Assembly (NCBI GenBank): GCA_963666565.1
Contig: OY762911.1
Location: 672,001 to 736,000, forward strand
From: Thermoanaerobaculia bacterium
Lineage (GTDB): Bacteria; Acidobacteriota; Thermoanaerobaculia; Multivoradales; Multivoraceae
Direction: 5' to 3'
Length of the DNA stretch: 64,000 nucleotides
Shown here: positions 31,691-42,408 of the stretch, piece by piece
Layout of the letters: each line of letters starts with the position of its first letter
How positions within the stretch are numbered: the first letter of the stretch is position 1
Made by a program: the position numbers and the translations under genes
The notes under the pieces: generated by a model
Databases searched by the model: none
What the model was told of the DNA's origin: nothing
Seen by the model: the letters and a program-made list of their open reading frames with translations, nothing else

Positions 31691-32910
31691 CAGGGCCGCC
31701 TTCCCGGCTCGAACGGATTCTCCGGCACCAGGTTCGAGGACGCGGCGGCCGGGCAGGTGACCTGGAACTCGGCCCACAGACCTGCCGCCGGAAGCCCGGG
31801 CGCGATCTCCGTTCCCGTCGTCGGTTGAGTGACGGTCACCCGGACCGTCTGGGCCGTGTTTCGATCCGGCACGTTCGCCGACGCGCAGCGGGTGTCGTCG
31901 GCATCGACGTTGACCGTCCAGGCGAAGCCGAGGTCCGCCGCGCCCGGGCACCCGGTCGGCGCGACGCTTGTCGCCTGGAGCGCGACGTTGCCGGGCGTAT
32001 CGATGGAGGTCGTTCCGCTCAGGCCGCCCGACAGCGCCGCCTCGACCATGTCCGCACAGTCCTGGACGAGGTGCCCGGTCGTCAGGCCGAGATCGACCGT
32101 CAGGGCAACGGCGTCGCCGCCACTCGCCGGTCGCACGACCGCTCCGCCGAGAGCCGCGCCCTGGCTGTCGCTCACCGCGATCGTCCAGTCGTCCGACTCT
32201 CCGACGACGCAGCCCGCGTTCCGGCTCGTCGAGCCGCCCTCATGCAGTCCATGGCACCCCGCCGGCGGCGACACGGCCTTCGAGTGGGGAAAGATGTCGA
32301 ACACCCGGTTTCCGTCGTCCGCGATCACCGTCGCGCCGCCAGAGCCGCGGCCGTCGGCATCGACCGCGAGCCCGTACTCATCCACCGAGAACGAGGGATG
32401 GCCCGGGTCGGTCGGAAGCTGCACCGGCGCCCCGGCCAGCACGTCCGTCCGAATGAGCGGCGCCGCCGCGACCGCCACGTCGAGGTCCGTCCCCGTGCCG
32501 ATCGGGCGGAAGACCCAGTACCAGCCGCCGTCTTTCACGTTGTGGATGAGCAGCGTCACCGGATCGTAGACGGTGTCGGAGGCGCAGTCGATGAGCCCCG
32601 TCACCAGGCCGGTCGAAGGATCCGGAGTCGGTGATTCCGTCGTCGTGACGTTGCCGCAACTGTACGAGTACCTGACGGTCTCGTACCCGTCGCCGGACGC
32701 GTTCGCCTTCGCGGTCGCGATGAAGCCGCCGCCCGCGCCGTTGCGGTTGGGCGACGGGTCGCTGAGTCCGCGCAGATCCGCGAACCAGGGTGCGGTATGA
32801 AGCTCGTTCGCCGGTTCGACTTCGACCAACTGCCCGGTCGCCGACCCGGTCATGGTCATCAAGGCGAAGAGGGCAACGGCGCTGGCGGAAATCGATGGTC
32901 GTCTGGGCAT
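31690..32910 (-). CDS. Secreted GGWYW / LVPENPF-tail family protein
   Basis: Signal peptide; motifs GGFIA, SCG, KDGGWYW and FQVTCP..LVPENPF shared with the genes at 58595-62013. Confidence 0.75.
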   Translation of the reverse strand: MPRRPSISASAVALFALMTMTGSATGQLVEVEPANELHTAPWFADLRGLSDPSPNRNGAGGGFIATAKANASGDGYETVRYSYSCGNVTTTESPTPDPSTGLVTGLIDCASDTVYDPVTLLIHNVKDGGWYWVFRPIGTGTDLDVAVAAAPLIRTDVLAGAPVQLPTDPGHPSFSVDEYGLAVDADGRGSGGATVIADDGNRVFDIFPHSKAVSPPAGCHGLHEGGSTSRNAGCVVGESDDWTIAVSDSQGAALGGAVVRPASGGDAVALTVDLGLTTGHLVQDCADMVEAALSGGLSGTTSIDTPGNVALQATSVAPTGCPGAADLGFAWTVNVDADDTRCASANVPDRNTAQTVRVTVTQPTTGTEIAPGLPAAGLWAEFQVTCPAAASSNLVPENPFEPGRRP

Positions 32911-33032
32911 GCGATGACTCCTAGGTCGTCCGTGGATGGAGAAGTCAGCGTAGCACCAGCCTCCGCCCGATGGAGCAGGGGCCGGTGAGGTACGCCGCGT
33001 GACGTGGCGCGAGGCTTCTGGCAACGCCTCGG

Positions 33033-34136
33033 CTAGAGCCGTCTTTCGATCCAGCAGCCGCCCAGAACCTGGGTGCCGCTATAGAAAACCGCCGCCTGGC
33101 CCGGCGCTACGCCGGCCTGGGGCTCCCGGAAGCGCACACGGCAGCGGCCTGCGCCATCTGCACCGCCGCCGCTCCCGATGCTCTCCACCATCGCGTCGAC
33201 TCCGGGATGGCGCGAGCGTATGCGGACCCGCACCTCCGTGCGACCGGCGTCGGGCGCCGGCGGCTCGCCCGCGATCCAGTGCAGGCCGCGTCCGACCAGG
33301 CCCGGGGCCAGCAGTTCGTCGCGGTCGCCGACGACCACGCGGTTCGCCTCCGGCTGCACGTCGAGCACGTAGAGCCGGCGGCCCGCCGCGACCCCCAGCC
33401 CGCGGCGCTGCCCGACCGTGTAGCGGTACGTCGGCGCGCCTTCGCCCAGCACCGCGCCGCCGGTCGTCGTCACCCGGGCGGACGCCCGCGGCAACTCCGG
33501 GCGTTCGCTCTCGACGAACTCCTGCACGCCCCGGTCGACGAAGCAGATCTCCATGCTCTCGCCCTTCCCGGCGACGGTCAGACCGGCCTCGCGTGCCAGT
33601 TCGCGCACCTCGAGCTTGGTCAGTTCGCCGAGCGGAAACACGGCCCGCGAGAGCTGTTCCTGGGTCAGTTCGAACAGGAAGTAGCTCTGGTCCTTCGACT
33701 CGTCGACGGCGGCATGCAGTTCGTACAGCCCGTCGCCGCCGACGCGGACGCGGGCATAGTGGCCGGTGGCGATGCGCCCGGCGCCCAGGCGGCGCGCCCG
33801 TTCCCGGAAGGCCTCGAACTTGATTTCCGTGTTGCAGGAGATGCACGGGCTCGGGGTGCGGCCGCCGACGTAGCTGTCGACGAACGGGTCGACCACGTGC
33901 CGGCGGAACTCGCCGTCCATGCGCAGCGTGTAGTGCGGCACGCCGATCTGCTCGGCGACCCGGCGGGCGTCGCCGAGGTCGAGCGAGCCGCAGCAGCGCC
34001 CGTGGCGGACCTCGTGCGAGCGGTCCCAGAGCAGCATGGACAGTCCGACGACCGGAACGCCCTGCCGCTCCAGGAGGAGGGCCGCGACCGAGGAGTCGAG
34101 GCCGCCGCTCATCGCGACCGCGGTGACGGGCGTCAT
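33033..34136 (-). CDS. mnmA: tRNA 2-thiouridylase
   Basis: AMSGGLDSS, TPSPCISCN, ATGHY, KDQSYFL, TVGQRRG, PGQAAVFY. Confidence 0.96.
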   Translation of the reverse strand: MTPVTAVAMSGGLDSSVAALLLERQGVPVVGLSMLLWDRSHEVRHGRCCGSLDLGDARRVAEQIGVPHYTLRMDGEFRRHVVDPFVDSYVGGRTPSPCISCNTEIKFEAFRERARRLGAGRIATGHYARVRVGGDGLYELHAAVDESKDQSYFLFELTQEQLSRAVFPLGELTKLEVRELAREAGLTVAGKGESMEICFVDRGVQEFVESERPELPRASARVTTTGGAVLGEGAPTYRYTVGQRRGLGVAAGRRLYVLDVQPEANRVVVGDRDELLAPGLVGRGLHWIAGEPPAPDAGRTEVRVRIRSRHPGVDAMVESIGSGGGADGAGRCRVRFREPQAGVAPGQAAVFYSGTQVLGGCWIERRL

Positions 34137-35314
34137 CGCGCCGCCGCCCCTGCCGCCGTGGCGGCCGGCGCCGGGGAGAGCGCACGCAACGCCTCGACCT
34201 CTCGCGCCAGCACCGGCAGAAAGCGGTCGATTTCGGCCTCCTCGTTCGACGTTCCCAGGCTGATCCGGATGGACGCGATCGCCTCCTCGGGCGCCACGCC
34301 CATCGCCAGCAGGGTCCGGCTGGGTTCGACCACGCCCGAGGCGCACGCGGCCCCGGTCGAGACCGCGAAGCCGGCCAGGTCGAGGCGGACGACCAGTTCC
34401 TCGCCGATCAGCCCCGGGAACGCGACGTGGGTCGTGTGCGGCAGCCGCGGCGACGACGCGCAGTGCAGGCGGGCGCCGGGAATGCCGGCCAGGCCGGCCT
34501 CCAGGCCGTCGCGCAGTCGGCCCATGCGCTCGATGCGGCGGTCGAGTTCGCCTGAGGCCAGGGCGGCGCAGGCGCCAAAGCCGGCCAATGCCGCCACGTT
34601 CTCCGTGCCGGCGCGGCGCTGCCGCTCCTGGCCGCCGCCGAGAATCAGCGCTTCGAACCCGGCGCCCTCCCGGACCCATAGCGCCGCGGCCCCGACCGGG
34701 CCGTTGAACTTGTGGGCCGCCACGACCAGGTAGTCGGCGCCGAGCGAGTTCACGTCGATCGGGTGCTTGCCCGCCGCCTGCACCGCGTCGCAGAGCAGCG
34801 GCACGCCGCGCGCCCGGCAGGCCTCGGCCGCCTCCGCCACCGGCTGCAGCGTGCCGAGCTCGTTGTTCGCCAGCATCAGACAGGCGAGGCGCGTGCCGGG
34901 GCGCAGGGCGTCCGCCACCGCGGCGGCGTCGACCACGCCGTCCGCGCCCGGCCGGAGCCGGGTCACGTCGACGCCCGAGTCTTCGAGCCGGTCCGCCGTG
35001 CGCTGGATCGACGGGTGCTCCAGTTCGGAGATGACCAGATGACCGCCGGCGGCGGCGCCGAAGACGGACATGAGCACCGCGTTGTTCGCCTCCGTTCCCG
35101 AGGCCATGAAGGCGACCTCGGAGGGCCTGCCGCCAACCAGCTCCGCCACCTGTTCGCGGGCCTGCTCCACCGCCGCCCGCGCCGCTCGCCCGAACGAGTG
35201 GACCGACGACGGGTTGCCGTGCAGGCCGCCCAGCCACGGCAGCATGGCCTCGGCGACCCGCGGATCGAGCGGCGTCGTCGCGTTGTGGTCGAAGTAGACG
35301 GGCGCGTCGCGCAT
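34133..35314 (-). CDS. iscS: Cysteine desulfurase (IscS/NifS class)
   Basis: YFDHNATT, GNPSS, DAVQ, HKFNGP, RAGTEN, STGAACASG. Confidence 0.92.
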   Translation of the reverse strand: MRDAPVYFDHNATTPLDPRVAEAMLPWLGGLHGNPSSVHSFGRAARAAVEQAREQVAELVGGRPSEVAFMASGTEANNAVLMSVFGAAAGGHLVISELEHPSIQRTADRLEDSGVDVTRLRPGADGVVDAAAVADALRPGTRLACLMLANNELGTLQPVAEAAEACRARGVPLLCDAVQAAGKHPIDVNSLGADYLVVAAHKFNGPVGAAALWVREGAGFEALILGGGQERQRRAGTENVAALAGFGACAALASGELDRRIERMGRLRDGLEAGLAGIPGARLHCASSPRLPHTTHVAFPGLIGEELVVRLDLAGFAVSTGAACASGVVEPSRTLLAMGVAPEEAIASIRISLGTSNEEAEIDRFLPVLAREVEALRALSPAPAATAAGAAAR

Positions 35315-35340
35315 GGCGGGCCGATTCTACGTCCGGGTGC

Positions 35341-35508
35341 CGGTGCGCGGGTCTGCCGACCCGCACTGGGTGCGCGGGTCTTCCGACCCGCTCCCGCCGA
35401 AGGCGGCGGAAACATCGCCGCCGGCCTTTGGCCGGCGACCTTGTTGTCCGGGCTGCGCCGCTCCGCGGCTCCGCCCGGAGGAGCGGGTCGGAAGACCCGC
35501 GCACCCGG
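35341..35508. repeat. REPIN-like element
   Basis: Two forward REPs and one inverted REP with the conserved spacer. Confidence 0.85.
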
Positions 35509-35572
35509 CGCGTACCCAGCCCGGGGATACGCTAGACGATGCCGTCACCGCGCCCTGAACGAGGAACCGCCC

Positions 35573-38155
35573 TTGCCCCACACAGCCGCACGGAGAGCCT
35601 CCATCCTGGCCCTTGCCGCGGGCCTTCTGTTCGTCGTCGCGCCCGCGCTCGCTGCCGCGCAGGAAGAGCGCCGCGAAACCCGCAAGGAACGGCGCGAACG
35701 CCGCGCCGCGCTCGCCGCCGCCGAGGAGGCGCTGCCGCTCGAGTTCAAGCAGTTCCTCGCCGACGTCCACTTCCTCATCTCCGACGACGAGCGCGAGGCC
35801 TTCCTCGAAGTCACCCAGGACTACCAGCGCCGCGCCTGGATCGAGCGCTTCTGGCGTCTCCGGGATCCGTATCCCGACACCCCGCGCAACGAACTCCGGG
35901 TGCGCTGGGAGGAGCGGCTCCTGCTCGCCGAACAGGAGTTCGAGCGACCGCGCGGCGACCGCGCCCGGATGTTCATGCTGAACGGAGAACCCGACGGGAG
36001 AGTCGAGTTCCGATGCACGACGGTCACCTGGCCGATCGAGATCTGGTACTACGGCCGCGACAACCGGACCGGCCAGGAGTTCTACCTGCTCTTCGTCCGC
36101 CGTTACGGCCAACCCGTCTACGAACTCTGGCATCCCGCGGACGGGATCGGCCGCCTGCTGGACGTCGGCGTCGGCGAGCAGGCTCTGGTCGCCGAAGTCC
36201 AGGGCTGCAAGGACAGCGGCGCCTTCTTCGCGGCGCTCAACTGGCTGATGCGCAGCAGGGGCATGGAGTTCTCCATCCTGCTGGCGAAACTCCTGGAGCC
36301 GATCGAGGCGCCCTCCTCCGAATGGACGCTCACTTTCGAGGCCTACTCCACGGACCTGCCGGAGGGAGTCGAGCGACTCGATGCAACCCTCGAGCTCCGC
36401 TATCCGGCCCGCTACCAGGCGCGGACGGTGATGGAGGCGCTGATCGAGATCGACCCGGCCTCGGCCAGCCACAGCACCTTCGGCGACCGGTCGAGCTACG
36501 GCTTCTTCCTCACCGGCGAGGTTCTGCGTGGGGGCGAACTGTTCGAGAGCTTTCGCTACCGGTTCGACCTTCCGCTCGACGACGACGACGTGGCGGACGA
36601 AGAAGCCGGCGAACAGCCGATCCTGCTCTCCTTCGAGCGCCGGCTCAGGCCCGGCGCCTACGAGCTCGTGGTCAAGATCGAGGATCTGAACGGCGACCGC
36701 TACGCCCGACTCCAGCAGACCCTTGACGTCCCGGTCCTGGAGGCGCCCGCGGCCCGCCAGCTCGATCCCGTGGTGCAGAAGATCATCGACCGGGCCGAGG
36801 CGCTCCTGACCAGCGACGTGCCGACGATCCAACTGGTGGAACCGCTCGGCGAACTCCAGACCGGCTTCGTCCGCTTCGACACCCTGGCCACCGGCGACAT
36901 CGCCGAGGTGCGCTTCTGGCTAGACGGCGCCGAGATCGCCCGCAAGCGCCGGCCGCCGTTCTCCGTGGAACTGGACCTGGGATCGACGCCCCGCCTGCAG
37001 ATGCTGCGGGCCACCGCGCACGACGGCGAGGGCGTCGAGATCGCCTCGGACGAGCTGGAGCTGAATGCCGGACGGCATCGCTTCGCGCTCCGCTTCGTCA
37101 CTCCCCGCGAGGGCCAGAAGCACGTGGACGACGTCGAAGTGACGGTCGACGTCCAGGTCCCGGACGGCGGCTTCGTCGAGCGCCTCGAACTCCACCGCAA
37201 CGACGAGTTGGTCGCCACCCTCTACCAGGCGCCCTTCAGGCAGCGCGTCGAACTCCCCGGCGGAGAGCAGATCGTCTACCTGCGGGCCGCCGCGTTTCTC
37301 ACCGACGGCAACTCCACGGACGCCGTCGTCTACGTGAACGCCCCGGACTACCTGGAGATCCTCGACATCCAGTACGTCGAGCTCTACGCGAGCGCGATCG
37401 CCAGATCCGGCCGCCCCTACCGGGAACTCGAACGGGAACATGTGGTCATCCGCGAAGACGGAGTGCCCCAGGAGATCCTCCGCTTCGAACGGGTCACGGA
37501 ACTCCCGGTCCACCTGGAAGTGATGCTGGACGTTTCGGCTTCCATGGTCGATCGCCTGGACACCGCCCGCCAGGCCGCCCTCGGGCTGTTTGAGTCGGAG
37601 ATCGCGCCCCGGGACCGCGTCGCTCTCGTCACCTTCAACGACCATCCCTACCTCGCCTCCGACTTCACGAACGACATCGGCCAACTGGCCGGTTCCCTCG
37701 CCGGACTGAAGGCCGAGCGCGGCACCGCGCTCTACGACGCGATCGTCTTCGGCCTCTACTACCTGAACGGGATCAAGGGCCAGCGCGCCCTGCTGCTGCT
37801 CTCCGACGGCAGAGACGAAAGCAGCCGCTTCTCTTTCGAGCAGGCGCTCGAGTACGCCCAGCGTTCGGGCGTCGCGATCTACTCCATCGGGCTCGGCATC
37901 CGCGGCCGGCCCGCGGTCGGGGCGCGCCGAGCGCTGACCCGCCTGGCCGCCCAGACCGGCGGCGCCTCGTTCTTCATCGACGACGTGAACGAGCTGGCCG
38001 GCGTCTACTCGCGGATCCTGGGCGAACTCCGTTCGCGCTACCTGATCACCTACCAGTCGACGAACACGGGCGACAACCGCCGCTTCCGTGAGATCGAAGC
38101 CGACGCCACCGTGCCCGGCGTCTCGATCCGCACGTTGAAGGGGTACTACCCGTGA
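35573..38155 (+). CDS. GWxTD-domain + Ig-like + VWA-domain secreted protein
   Basis: FWRLRDPYPDTPRNE..DRARMFMLNGEPD; MIDAS LDVSAS, TALYD, LSDG; start (TTG 35573) uncertain. Confidence 0.85.
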   Translation: MPHTAARRASILALAAGLLFVVAPALAAAQEERRETRKERRERRAALAAAEEALPLEFKQFLADVHFLISDDEREAFLEVTQDYQRRAWIERFWRLRDPYPDTPRNELRVRWEERLLLAEQEFERPRGDRARMFMLNGEPDGRVEFRCTTVTWPIEIWYYGRDNRTGQEFYLLFVRRYGQPVYELWHPADGIGRLLDVGVGEQALVAEVQGCKDSGAFFAALNWLMRSRGMEFSILLAKLLEPIEAPSSEWTLTFEAYSTDLPEGVERLDATLELRYPARYQARTVMEALIEIDPASASHSTFGDRSSYGFFLTGEVLRGGELFESFRYRFDLPLDDDDVADEEAGEQPILLSFERRLRPGAYELVVKIEDLNGDRYARLQQTLDVPVLEAPAARQLDPVVQKIIDRAEALLTSDVPTIQLVEPLGELQTGFVRFDTLATGDIAEVRFWLDGAEIARKRRPPFSVELDLGSTPRLQMLRATAHDGEGVEIASDELELNAGRHRFALRFVTPREGQKHVDDVEVTVDVQVPDGGFVERLELHRNDELVATLYQAPFRQRVELPGGEQIVYLRAAAFLTDGNSTDAVVYVNAPDYLEILDIQYVELYASAIARSGRPYRELEREHVVIREDGVPQEILRFERVTELPVHLEVMLDVSASMVDRLDTARQAALGLFESEIAPRDRVALVTFNDHPYLASDFTNDIGQLAGSLAGLKAERGTALYDAIVFGLYYLNGIKGQRALLLLSDGRDESSRFSFEQALEYAQRSGVAIYSIGLGIRGRPAVGARRALTRLAAQTGGASFFIDDVNELAGVYSRILGELRSRYLITYQSTNTGDNRRFREIEADATVPGVSIRTLKGYYP

Positions 38156-40992
38156 GGGAGAGAAGGAACGCCTCCGACAGCAAGGTCGCCGGCTTCGCCG
38201 GCGACGATTCTCCCGCCGCCTTCGGCGGCAGGCGGGTCGGAAGACCCGCGCACCCAGAGCACCGCCGTACCCACGATGTCGCAACGCGCCGACGCCGTAG
38301 CTCTGGGTGCGCGGGTCGTCTGACCCGCTCGCGGGCGTTGCCGCGGAGCGGCAAACGCCCGAACAACACGGCCGCCGGCCGTAGGCCGGCGACCTTCGCC
38401 CTCTGCCTCTTCGCAGCCGCCGCCGGCGCCCAGGACGCCACCCTCGACCGCCGCCACGCCGATTTCCTCGCCGACGCCGACCCGATCCTCTCCGACACCG
38501 AGCGCCGCGTCTTCGGCGAACTCCGGCACGCCTACCAGCGCGACGCCTTCATCCAGCGCTTCTGGGCCGTCCGCGACCCCTACCCCGAGACGCCGCAGAA
38601 CGAGTTCCGCGAGCGCTTCGAGCGCGTCGTCGAGCTGGCCGAAGAGCGCTTCGGCGGCGCCCGCGACGCCCGCTTCGAGGCGCTGCTGCTGCACGGCGAG
38701 CCGCTCCGCACCTTCCGCACCACCTGCGAGCTGCTGCGCACCCTCGACGTCTGGCACTACCCGCACAGCCCCGCGGTGCGCGGCGAGTTCTACCTCGTCT
38801 TCTTCCGCCAGGGCGGCGGCTTCCGTCTGTGGAAGGCCTCCGACGGCTTCTCCTCGCTGCTCGCGTTCGCCACGGTCTCGACCGACCGCGACGCGCAACT
38901 CCGGGAGATCGCGCGCCGTTGCTCGCGCGGAGGCGACCTGCTCGGCGCGCTGGGCCTCGCGCTCGACTGGGAGGCGATGGGGGCCGAGGCGCCGGAACCC
39001 GGCCGGGCCGACGACGAGTGGGCGCTCGTGTTCCTCGACCGCAGCACCGAGACGCCCGCCGACGCGGAGGCGCTGCCGGCCGAGATCGTCATGCGCTATC
39101 CCGGCCGCCGCGGCGGCCGCACCGTGGTGCAGGCGATCGTCGGGATCGACCCGGCGCACCTGCCGGCGGCCGGCGGCGAGGCGAGGCGCTTCGTGCTCGA
39201 CGGCGAAGTGCTGCGCCGGGGCGAGCTGTTCGAGAGCTTCCGGTATCGCTTCGACCGGCCGGTGACGGTTGCGGGCGATGGCGTCAGCCGCGGCCGCGTC
39301 GGCGGTGCCAGCGCCAGCGGCGAGCGAGCCTCGATCCCGCTGGTCGCGCAGCGCTACCTGCGGCCCGGTCCCTACCGGCTGGTGGTCAAGGTGCGGGAGG
39401 TCGAGGCGGACCGGTTCTTCGGCGGCAGCGCCGAGATCGATGTGCCGCTGGTGGAGCGGCGGGGAGGTGAAGGCTCGCCGCCGCTGGTGGAGCGGCGGAG
39501 AAGTGAAGGCTCGCCGCTTCGCGGCATCGCGCTCGATGCGGGTCAGAAGACCCGCGCACCCAGTAGGCCCGGAACCGCCATCCCCGACTGGCTCGCCGAA
39601 GCGAACGCGGCGGGCCCGCTCCTCGCCGACTCGCCCGGCGACCACGGCGTGCGCATCCACGCCCTGCCCGAGCGCCTCATCACCGGCCGCGTCCGGGTCG
39701 GCGCCGACGCCCAAGGACCGGCTATCCACCACCTCGCCTTCTCGCTCGACGGGCGCGAACGCATCCGCAAGCGGCGGCCGCCCTACCAGGTCGAGATCGA
39801 CGTCGGCGCGGCGCCCCGGCCCCACTCCCTGCGGGTCGACGCCCGCGACGAGCGGGGCGCCGTGCTGGCGACGGACGAGGTGACGATCAACTCCGGGCCG
39901 CACCGCTTCGCCGTCCGCCTCACTTCTCCGCAGCGCGGCGCCGCCCACACCCGCAGCGTGCGCGCGGCGGCCGAGGTCGAAGCGCCCCGCCACGAGCGGC
40001 TCGACCGCGTCGAGTTCTTCCTGAACGACACGCGCACCGCCACGCTCTACCAGCCGCCGTTCGAGCAGCCCATCCGCATCGACCCGGCCGAACCGCTCTC
40101 CTACGTGCGCGCCGTCGCCTACCTGGAGACCGGCGCCTGGGCCGAGGACCTCGTCTTCGTGAACTCGCGCAACCTGGTCGAGCAGGTCGAGGTCGCCCTG
40201 GTCGAGCTCTACACCTCCGTCACCGACCGCTCGGGCGCGCCCGTCGTCGGCTTGGCCGAGTCCGACTTCGAGGTCTTCGTCGACGGGGAACGGCAGTTCC
40301 TGCAGCGGTTCGACAACGCCGCCAATCAGCCGATTCACGCCGGCATCCTGTTCGACACGTCGCTCTCGATGATCGACCGCCTCGACGCGGCGGAGGAAGC
40401 CGCGCTGCACTTCTTCGAGCTCGTCCTCGGGCCGCGCGACCGCGCCGCCCTGATCACCTTCAACGACCGGCCCGATCTGGCCGTCGGCTTCACCGGCTCG
40501 AAGGAGGCCCTGGCCGGCGGGCTCGCCGACCTGGAAGCCGAGGGCGAGACCGCGCTCTACGACAGCATCCTCTACGCCCTCTACTACTTCGGCGGCCTGC
40601 GCGGGAAGCGGGCGTTGATCCTGCTCACCGACGGCGGCGACTCCAGCAGCGAGTACCGCTTCGACGACGTGCTGGAGTTCGCCCGCCGGTCGCAGGTGGC
40701 GATCTACAGCATCGGCATCGACATCGACCAGCGCGAAGTCCTGTTCCGCGGCCGCCTGCAGCAGCTCTGCGCCGAGACCGGCGGCCGCTGCTTCTTCATC
40801 GGCGGCGCTTCCGAACTGACGCGGGTGTACGAGCGGATCGAGACGGAGGTCCGCTCCCAGTACGTACTCGTGTTCGAGTCGCCCGAAGGCGAGGCCGACG
40901 CCTTCCGCAAGGTCGAAGTGAAGCTGAAGGACCCCCGCGCCCGCGGCCGGCGCGGCGTCAAGATCCAGCACCTGCCGGGGTACTTCCAGTGA
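38152..40992 (+). CDS. GWxTD-domain + Ig-like + VWA-domain protein (paralogue, with in-frame REPs)
   Basis: FWAVRDPYPETPQNE, FDTSLS, TALYD, LTDG; GTGA overlap with the upstream paralogue. Confidence 0.85.
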   Translation: MRERRNASDSKVAGFAGDDSPAAFGGRRVGRPAHPEHRRTHDVATRRRRSSGCAGRLTRSRALPRSGKRPNNTAAGRRPATFALCLFAAAAGAQDATLDRRHADFLADADPILSDTERRVFGELRHAYQRDAFIQRFWAVRDPYPETPQNEFRERFERVVELAEERFGGARDARFEALLLHGEPLRTFRTTCELLRTLDVWHYPHSPAVRGEFYLVFFRQGGGFRLWKASDGFSSLLAFATVSTDRDAQLREIARRCSRGGDLLGALGLALDWEAMGAEAPEPGRADDEWALVFLDRSTETPADAEALPAEIVMRYPGRRGGRTVVQAIVGIDPAHLPAAGGEARRFVLDGEVLRRGELFESFRYRFDRPVTVAGDGVSRGRVGGASASGERASIPLVAQRYLRPGPYRLVVKVREVEADRFFGGSAEIDVPLVERRGGEGSPPLVERRRSEGSPLRGIALDAGQKTRAPSRPGTAIPDWLAEANAAGPLLADSPGDHGVRIHALPERLITGRVRVGADAQGPAIHHLAFSLDGRERIRKRRPPYQVEIDVGAAPRPHSLRVDARDERGAVLATDEVTINSGPHRFAVRLTSPQRGAAHTRSVRAAAEVEAPRHERLDRVEFFLNDTRTATLYQPPFEQPIRIDPAEPLSYVRAVAYLETGAWAEDLVFVNSRNLVEQVEVALVELYTSVTDRSGAPVVGLAESDFEVFVDGERQFLQRFDNAANQPIHAGILFDTSLSMIDRLDAAEEAALHFFELVLGPRDRAALITFNDRPDLAVGFTGSKEALAGGLADLEAEGETALYDSILYALYYFGGLRGKRALILLTDGGDSSSEYRFDDVLEFARRSQVAIYSIGIDIDQREVLFRGRLQQLCAETGGRCFFIGGASELTRVYERIETEVRSQYVLVFESPEGEADAFRKVEVKLKDPRARGRRGVKIQHLPGYFQ

Positions 40993-41708
40993 GCGGCGAG
41001 CGGCGGACCGCTGGCGCCGCATCGGCGAACCCGCCGAGTGCCGGTGCGCCGGCCTTCCGGCCGGCAACCGGGGCGAGACAGCGAAGCGCCGAGCCCGAAG
41101 GCCGTCTCGTCCTTGCGTCCGCCTCCCCGCGACGGCGCGAACTCCTCAACTCCCTGGGCCTCGACTTCACCGTCCGCCCGGCGGCCGTCGACGAGACCCC
41201 CGATCCCGGCGAACGGCCCCGCGACCTCGTCCGCCGGCTGGCCCGGGAGAAAGCCGAAGCCGCCGCCCGCGACGGCGAGTGGGTGCTGGCCGCCGACACG
41301 ATCGTCGTAGCGGACGGCGCCATCCTCGGCAAGCCCGCCGACCGCGACGAGGCCCGGAAGATGCTCGAACGCCTCCAGGGCCGCTGGCACCTGGTGCTGA
41401 CCGGCACGGCGCTCCGGCCGCCGGCCGGCGACACGCTCCACGCGGTCGAAAGCACCCGCGTCCTGTTCGCCGAGATGACCCCCGGGCAGATCGACTGGTA
41501 CGCCGCCACCGGCGAACCCGACGACAAGGCCGGCGCCTACGCCGTCCAGGGCCTCGGCAGCCTGTTCGTCCTGGAGATCGACGGCAACTACAGCAACGTC
41601 GTCGGCCTGCCGCTGCCGACCGTGCGGCAGTTGTTCGAAGGCGCCGGCGGCGACGTGCGAGCGTTCCGCCGCTGGGTGCGCGGGTCTTCCGACTCGCACC
41701 GGGCGTAG
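40989..41708 (+). CDS. maf: Maf-family nucleoside triphosphate pyrophosphatase
   Basis: LVLASASPRRRELL, AADTIV, GKP, DKAGAYAVQG, NVVGLP. Confidence 0.94.
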   Translation: MSGERRTAGAASANPPSAGAPAFRPATGARQRSAEPEGRLVLASASPRRRELLNSLGLDFTVRPAAVDETPDPGERPRDLVRRLAREKAEAAARDGEWVLAADTIVVADGAILGKPADRDEARKMLERLQGRWHLVLTGTALRPPAGDTLHAVESTRVLFAEMTPGQIDWYAATGEPDDKAGAYAVQGLGSLFVLEIDGNYSNVVGLPLPTVRQLFEGAGGDVRAFRRWVRGSSDSHRA

Positions 41709-41883
41709 CCGCGCAGCGGCGAAGCCCGAAGACTCCCGAAATGGACGATCCGAAGCCCCGCTCCGTATGAAGTCACAGAGAAGTCGATCCCTCCGGCCGG
41801 TTCCGTCGAAGACGCCGTTGCTACGATTCGACTACCGAGGAGAGGTCCACCCACACGAAACGAACGCCCCTACGGAAACCGGC

Positions 41884-42408
41884 ATGGCAGAGACAACCGA
41901 AGTCAGCGAGTCGCGGCGGAACGAGGCGTGGTTCGACTATCTCGAAGCGGTCCGACTGGAGCGCTACTACTACAAGCTCTACGACCGCTACCAACTCTTG
42001 AGGCAGGTCGTCCGGCTTCTCATCTTCCTGTCTGTCTCGGGCAACGTCGTCGGCGCCTTGCAAGGCGCGCCCGCCTGGATCATCTGGAGCGTGAGCACGA
42101 TCGCCGCGATCCTGCTCGCTGTCGACTTCCTCGGGGACCATTCCCGAAAGGCCGCCGGCGCCTTCGCCATCAGCCAGGCCTGCGCGGCGCTCTCCGACGA
42201 CTACAGCCGTCTGTGGCAGCGGATCGACGAACGGGAGATCGACGACCAGGAAGTCGTCTCCAGACTCGAAGAACTGGCCGAGAGCATCCGGAGGACGACA
42301 GGCCGAGCCGGCGACGTCGACCTGCGAACCAACGAGCGGCTGAACGAGCGGTCCACCGTGGAAGCCAACCAGCTCCTGGAGAGCCGCTATGTCGTCCAGG
42401 AGGCATAG
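41884..42408 (+). CDS. Two-TM SLATT-like membrane protein
   Basis: Basic/aromatic N-helix (RYYYKL), two hydrophobic helices, helical C-terminal tail; lower GC than flanking genes. Confidence 0.6.
   Translation: MAETTEVSESRRNEAWFDYLEAVRLERYYYKLYDRYQLLRQVVRLLIFLSVSGNVVGALQGAPAWIIWSVSTIAAILLAVDFLGDHSRKAAGAFAISQACAALSDDYSRLWQRIDEREIDDQEVVSRLEELAESIRRTTGRAGDVDLRTNERLNERSTVEANQLLESRYVVQEA

Noticed and set aside
21691-35504. Apparent giant fusions (1258-aa NtrC, 1175-aa PrfA, 1142-aa Slt, 851-aa RsmI, 823-aa MnmA)
   Set aside because: The upstream extensions are stop-free shadow frames overlapping real neighbouring genes; true starts were reassigned.
39445-39520. Short tandem duplication (PLVERRxxEGSP x2) in the second VWA gene
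   Set aside because: Real, but a simple linker duplication next to a REP; no independent function evident.
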